Assembly (NCBI GenBank): GCA_010909165.1 | Contig: MU008164.1 | Span: 2,046,001-2,110,000, forward strand | DNA length: 64,000 nucleotides | Source of the DNA: Anthoceros angustus | Lineage: Eukaryota > Plantae > Anthocerotophyta | Reading direction: 5' to 3' | Shown here: in pieces, positions 58,309 through 64,000 of the stretch | Layout of the letters: each line of letters begins with the position of its first letter | How positions within the stretch are numbered: the first letter of the stretch is position 1 | The notes under the pieces: model-generated | Databases searched by the model: none | What the model was told of the DNA's origin: nothing | What the model saw: the letters and a program-made list of their open reading frames with translations, nothing else | Made by a program: the position numbers and the translations under genes

Positions 58309-59151
58309 GGCACCGCCTCCAGTCCCACTCGTGTGGTAGGTATACCTAGAGCTCCCTCCTAGGGCAGGGCCTCACAGCAACTTTCCTTCTTGAGACTCAG
58401 GCTGTGCCTACTCCTGTGTGAACATGCTTCTTCCTCTACAGGACCATGGCGTCTGTGCAGCTCGGACATCATTTATATTCGTGTTGCCAGTGGCTCTACA
58501 TACTGTTGCAACTGCGCAGGCTACAACCGACAGGTCCGGAAGCCGGAAGCTTGAAGCCCAAGGGGAAGAGGGGTCAGGCAACAGTGACGTCACCCACCCT
58601 GTCAGAGGGGTGTTCAGTCAGCCTCATAAGGCTAGTACATACTTGAAATGAAATTTTGCATGCAAACCGTCGGGAATCATCGTGCGAGCAGCGAGCTGCT
58701 GCCCATCCGTGTCTTGTACAATCGACGCATTATGCGAAACATTAATGAGGTCTCTCTTCAGGCCCGACGTCCAGTGCACATCACCATAATGTGCACCCTA
58801 GGTACGCAGTAGCTAGCTGACCTGGAGAGGAAATGTCGATGCAGACTACACTGTACATCAGTGAAGCGCAGGCACGCCCTTGGAAGCTCCCAAGATCGAA
58901 GGTACAGAGCGCTGGACTGGTCACTCCTGGTGGTGTGCACAATTTCCATCAGGTTAAAGGGAGACGTGTTGCGGATGCCTGGAAGTAAGACTGCGCCTGG
59001 ATAGGCAAAACCAGCGTTAGCAAGCAAGCCTCGTCCATGGTCAGAAGTTGCTGCAGAGATGAGCTCATCTTTGCAGCAGAGACACGCAACCATATGGTAG
59101 TTGATTGTCTTCGCTGTGTGTATAATCATGAGACCTAAGCAGAGGCATATC

Positions 59152-59292
59152 TGCGAAAGAATGTAGGGGTCGCAGGAAAGAGTGTTTTGCGTCCTAGAGT
59201 GTGATGCTAGCTAGGTATAACCACCAAGATGTCTCCTTGGTCTAATACGCATGCCAGATCTAGAAGACCGATGAAGCTCCACCTGCTCATCA
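59152..59292 (+). repeat. ~140-bp dispersed repeat, second copy at 61683-61826
   Basis: GCGAAAGAAT.TAGGGGT.GC.GGAAAGAGTGTTTTGCGTC.TAGAGTGTGATGCTAG...GATGAAGCTCCAC.TGCTCATCA is shared. Confidence 0.85.
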
Positions 59293-62200
59293 TATGATGA
59301 GCGCTGGAACTCATCGGTCCTGAGGCAGGACTTAGCATTCCCCGCCTCGTTGCACTGCCTGACATCATTGGCCCAAACGGGCATTTGCTCCTCCAGGTTC
59401 ATCAAATTCTCAGCCAACTGGAGGATTTGGCTTGATTCCCTTCTCAAGGTTGATCCGGAACGAAGCAGGGACCACGGAGGAAGTGGGTTCGGATACAGGC
59501 CCGTAACCAGCTCAGTCTTTGAACTTCAACCAAAAAAACCCAGGCTCCACAAACTTCGATCAATCTTCATACTCCAGTGGCCTCTCGAAACCGAAACAGG
59601 CTGGAGCCTCTTCGAGGCTCAAGGTTGTTGAGGTTGCAGCCCGGCAGGCAGGGCGCCGAGATACCTGCTGCTGCAAACTTACACAAACACGTGAGTGAAG
59701 AATTATGCCCAGAATGAGCTCACACAAAGTTCTTCCACCCGTGATAGCATCACTCCGACAGGCAAGACATTTTTGCGCGACACCAAACACATGGGTCACG
59801 AGCTGTAGCTCGGGCTGCACGATTCTTACCGAATTCGGGTTCAGTATCGCATTCACGCCGGTCGGCTCTCAGAAAAGGCTGAAACAAAACAGCCGTGAGA
59901 AAGCGATCGCGGAGCTGTCAGCGAGATGGCCAATACACGGAAGGAGAGAGAGGTGGAGGCTTACCTCCCTGGTAACCACCATGGCGGAGAAGTGGGTGAC
60001 GATGCTGAGCATCTCCCTCAGCGGAATGGACCCGAACTGGTGGAGGAACTCGGCAACGGTCGTCAAAATCTAGACGTCGTCGATCGGGGTCGGGAAGCCA
60101 CGAGCTCGAAGCACGCAGGGTTTGGTCCCTGAAATCATCTTCCTCCTCCTCCACCGCGTGCCCGCCTCCTCTCCCGCCTCCTCCGACATTTTCCCGTCCG
60201 CCATGGCAACAGGAAGTCTCCCGAAAAGGAAGGCAGCGCGATGGTTGCCCTCGGCGGGGCTGGAGCGCCGCCGGGGAGGGTAGGACCCGGACTCAAACTT
60301 CTGGTGAAGGTCTGGTCCGAACCGGGTGCGTGGCGCCCAAGCCACCTGCTTTTGTTTGTCCAGCGCTGAGTGAGCTGGCACTCAAACCATTGGCGGGCAA
60401 GAGCACCCCAGTTTGAGGGAACCTGGCAGGTGGGCGGTTCTGTTACGTCTCTCTCTTGCCCGACTGAGTGAGCCGGTACGAGGTCCTGTCCGTTGATGGC
60501 ATCCTCAATCCAGGGCCAGGATTGGATAGCATGGGTATCGAGGAGCTGCTTTGCCTCATGACTGCCCCGCCAGGCGGCCAGGTTCGCGCCCCACCCATCA
60601 TACACCCCGGTGTGGGAAATGAAACAAACAACGCAGGCTGATGAGATTGAGAGGGACGCGCACCTTCTCATCCTATCTCAAGTGGGATAATCTTGTTTTG
60701 TTACAAATATTGGATAAGATATGTAGGTTATCTTTATCATCTATGAAAACATTACAAGGTGAATGGATTAAAAAATCCTAGTCATTCTTTTAATCCTAAA
60801 AAATCTTAAGCTAGAGATGGTAGGTATGTCATAAAGACCATTGAGTGTGGAGGGTTGGAAAATACCAATAGTGGGTGTTTTCATAATTCTACGAAAAGTT
60901 AACAAAGGAGGGTTAGAAAATACGGGTTGTCTTCACACAATCATATGTAGACAAATATGTTGAGCGAGTTAAAGAATACATTTCATTCTCACAATCATGT
61001 GAAGAGATGAAAGGGTCAGGATGAAGACGGTTGAAGTCGGAAATGAAGATAGTCAGGGTTGAAAATGCACATGGTAGGGTTAGAGAATATTGGTTATCTT
61101 CACAATCATGTGAAGACCCTTATTGTGAACTATGTACCGGGCATCTTCCATTCTCGGTGGGAGGGCCAGGAACTATGTTCTGCCATATGAGGGCAACGCA
61201 CTATGTACCGGCCATTTTCCATTCTCAAAAAGTTCGTTTGGTTTGGAGAATATGAGTCAACAAGTTATGAATAGCATGGCAAATGCTAGAGGTTTAGAAA
61301 GTAATTACTCTTTTTACGATATAGTGAAACTGAAAAGTTCAATAAAAAATAAAGTCTTATAAAATTATAAAATCTCAAAATCTTATAAAATTATCATACC
61401 TTCAAATGTAAGTCATGTTTTGAAACTTAACAGTCACATTTTTTGGAACTTATATAGTTATATGAGTAGAAAATATGATATATGGTATGCATATTGACAT
61501 ATCCACAACTAAAGTTTCTTATTTAAGAGCATTGGGAACCTAGCTATTATTAGTTTTTTATTACTTAAAATGATAACCAATGCTAGTTGTATACAAATGT
61601 TGATATTAGGATTCGAATAAATGGGAGCACAACCTTAATATGTTGCCTTAGACCAACTAGGTCTTGTCAATATAACTCATCTTGCGAAAGAATATAGGGG
61701 TTGCGGGAAAGAGTGTTTTGCGTCGTAGAGTGTGATGCTAGCCCTATAGGTATAACCACCAAGATCTTTCCTTGGTCTAGTACGCATGCCCGATCTAGAA
61801 GACTGATGAAGCTCCACTTGCTCATCAATCTTACACCAACTAGGCTATGTCTACTTAACTCAACCTTAATCTAGTGCCTTAGACCAATTAGGTGAACACA
61901 AAGGCGTCGCTTATCTCAATTTACTTAAAGAATGAAACCAAATTGTATATAAAAAGCAAAGAACTAAACCTTCCAAACTACCAAGGGACTTTCAATGAAC
62001 TTATGTATATCAAAGTAGACATGTATGAACACTAAGAGCTTTGTGGTAGGCCATAGGCCAGCTCAATTTGAAGGAAGCCGCCTGGTTCTTTTGAGCCTCA
62101 ACAAAACCTAAAAGCTCACGGAGGCAGCGCTCGTCAATCAACCTTCATTTTTCATGCCTTGTCAATTTAAGTTCGTATGCCTATCAAAATTTGCGTGATA

Positions 62201-62364
62201 GATGAACAAGACCGAGGCACTAATCTTTCAACTCACAACTTCCACATCATATTTCACTTACTTCGGATCATGGCACACTACAATCAGTGTTTTTGCTCCA
62301 GTTTTGATAGCAATCTAACCTGCACTACCGTGCCATCTTACATGTCCGATATTTGCACCTGATC

Positions 62365-63247
62365 AAGAAGATATATGTTGGTCATGAAGGTGCTAGCAGC
62401 ATCACGGGAGAAATGAACAAGATATATGTTGGTCATGAAGGTGCTAGCAAAGTCACGGGAGAAATGAACAAGATATATGTTGGTCATGAAGGTGCTAGCA
62501 GCATCATGGGAGAAATGAACAACTACTGGGCCAGTACTCCTGATAATGATTTCCACATCCACATACATGAGATTTAACAAAAGATCAGCAGAATGCCACA
62601 TTTAAATTTAGGTTAGGTTACCAGGTGAGCCTCCTGATAATGAGCTCCACATCCACATATATGAGAACAAGAGATCAACAGAATACCACATTCAAATTTA
62701 GGTTAGGTTACCAGGTGAACCGCCAAGGCCATGCGACCCTTCAATCCATCACCGAGGCACCGCCAAAGCCATGCGACCCTTCAATCCATCACTGAGGCAC
62801 CGCCAAAGCCATACGACACTTCAATCCATCACTGAGGCACCGCCAAAGCCATGCGACCCTTCAATCCATCACCGAGGCACCGCCAAAGCCATGCGACCCT
62901 TCAATCCATCACTGAGGCACCGCCAAAGCCATGCGACCCTTCAATCTATCACTGAGGGATGGGGGATTAGTATTGAATGAAATTCGGGGATTAGTATTCA
63001 ATGAAATGCCTACCATTGCTTTCAAGCCATCGCTAGAAAGCACATATTGACAACTTCAAGTAGGTGGACCAATGTGGAGAGGATTGCAAGATAAATTCCT
63101 ATGCAAATGCAAGTAGGTGGACCAATGTGGAGAGGATTGCAAGACGAATTTCTATGCAAATGCAAGTAGGTGGACCTATGTGAAGAGGATTGCAAGACGA
63201 ATTCCTATGCAAATGCAAGTAGGTGGACCTATGTGGAGAGGATTGAA
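62365..63247. repeat. Cluster of minisatellites: 51 bp x3, 40 bp x~6, 53 bp x~3.5
   Basis: AAGATATATGTTGGTCATGAAGGTGCTAGC.. (62365-62521), CCGCCAAAGCCATGCGACCCTTCAATCCATCACTGAGGCA (62720-62957), AAGTAGGTGGACCAATGTGGAGAGGATTGC.. (63058-63247). Confidence 0.9.
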
Positions 63248-63530
63248 AGCCAGGGAATGGTAGCAAAAGCTAATTAAACAAGAACCCTCTAGTGGTGGGT
63301 ATTGAGGTGAAGAAGAAGGTACATACATTTGTGATGGGAGAAAATTGAAGTAAGCAATATTTTTACAAATTTTAGTAAATAATATTTTTATTTTTTAATA
63401 TTTTATTGTAACAGAAAACGTTCTCAATCAAACAAAGGGGATAAGCCCAAAAACACCAAGACTTTGGAGCTCCCCCAGGACATAACGGGGAGATATTTTA
63501 GACTACGTCCTTCGACACCAAGTTGAAATT

Positions 63531-64000
63531 TCATTTGTCTATGGCACTGGCGTTCTGTGCTAATTTTGTGTCAACTGTCCGAGCTTGGTCTGTCCTAGGT
63601 CCTTGTTGTGCTTGAGGAGACGTGTGGGTGCTGGCTGCTCTCTGTTTCAGGAAAGCAACCACATCTTGTATATCACGAATTCGTCCCTCCAGACCTGACC
63701 AGGCTGGCTGTGGCTGAGTCGGCTGGTCTTTATGCTCCAAACCGGCTTTGGCTTCCAGATCTTGCAGAGCGACCAGCAGCGAGTATGAAATCCAGGCATC
63801 GCAGGCTGCGAATCTGATTTGGGTGAAGCTCAAGCCCTCCACAGCCCAATCGCTGCATGATATTGTCTTCCTTTTCTTGTATGGCAGGTCAAGGATGTAT
63901 TGGGAGAGCTTGGAGAGTCCCGCCTGACGCATCTCCCTCTGGTTGAGCAGTTCTGCAGCATACAGGGCCAGGTCTACCTCTCCGCAGCACCTCAACCCGT
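63531..64000 (-). CDS. Second WEX-like exonuclease paralog, 3' part only (continues beyond the window)
   Basis: LRCCGEVDLALYAAELLNQREMRQAGLSKLS..LPYKK..WAVEGLSF.QIRFAACDAWISYSLL, highly similar to 56881-57350. Confidence 0.9.
   Translation of the reverse strand, partial: GLRCCGEVDLALYAAELLNQREMRQAGLSKLSQYILDLPYKKRKTISCSDWAVEGLSFTQIRFAACDAWISYSLLVALQDLEAKAGLEHKDQPTQPQPAWSGLEGRIRDIQDVVAFLKQRAASTHTSPQAQQGPRTDQARTVDTKLAQNASAIDK

Noticed and set aside
62353-62577. ORF with 17-aa repeats (KIYVGHEGASSITGEMN)
   Set aside because: It sits in a block of unrelated minisatellites; an in-frame 51-bp unit alone does not show coding.

Overview
Plant nuclear DNA, compact and intron-rich. The editing-type PPR genes carry KP and WW variants of the DYW PG box, which points to a lineage with U-to-C RNA editing, most likely a hornwort (inference). 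Genes that look intact: an EID1-like F-box, a multi-exon TOR kinase (25544-40123), initiator tRNA-Met, dolichol kinase, a PLS-DYW:KP PPR, NAA50, a DOMINO1/DUF3223 protein, two WEX-type 3'-5' exonucleases and an orphan secreted protein. The ORF track misses several features: four tandem SNORD12/snR190-type box C/D snoRNAs, 14-3-3, PPR and YJU2 pseudogenes, a CACTA end, an hAT MITE with TIRs and an 8-bp TSD, and many tandem repeats. The most novel-looking signal is an OSB-type PDF ssDNA-binding motif encoded directly 5' of a PLS-PPR editing-factor ORF; it is interrupted by one TAG and a 1-nt frameshift. The sequence shows probable long-read errors (homopolymer indels, ~1-kb near-identical tandem copies), so frameshifts and duplications need checking against reads. 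Family assignments come from remembered motifs, not database searches.
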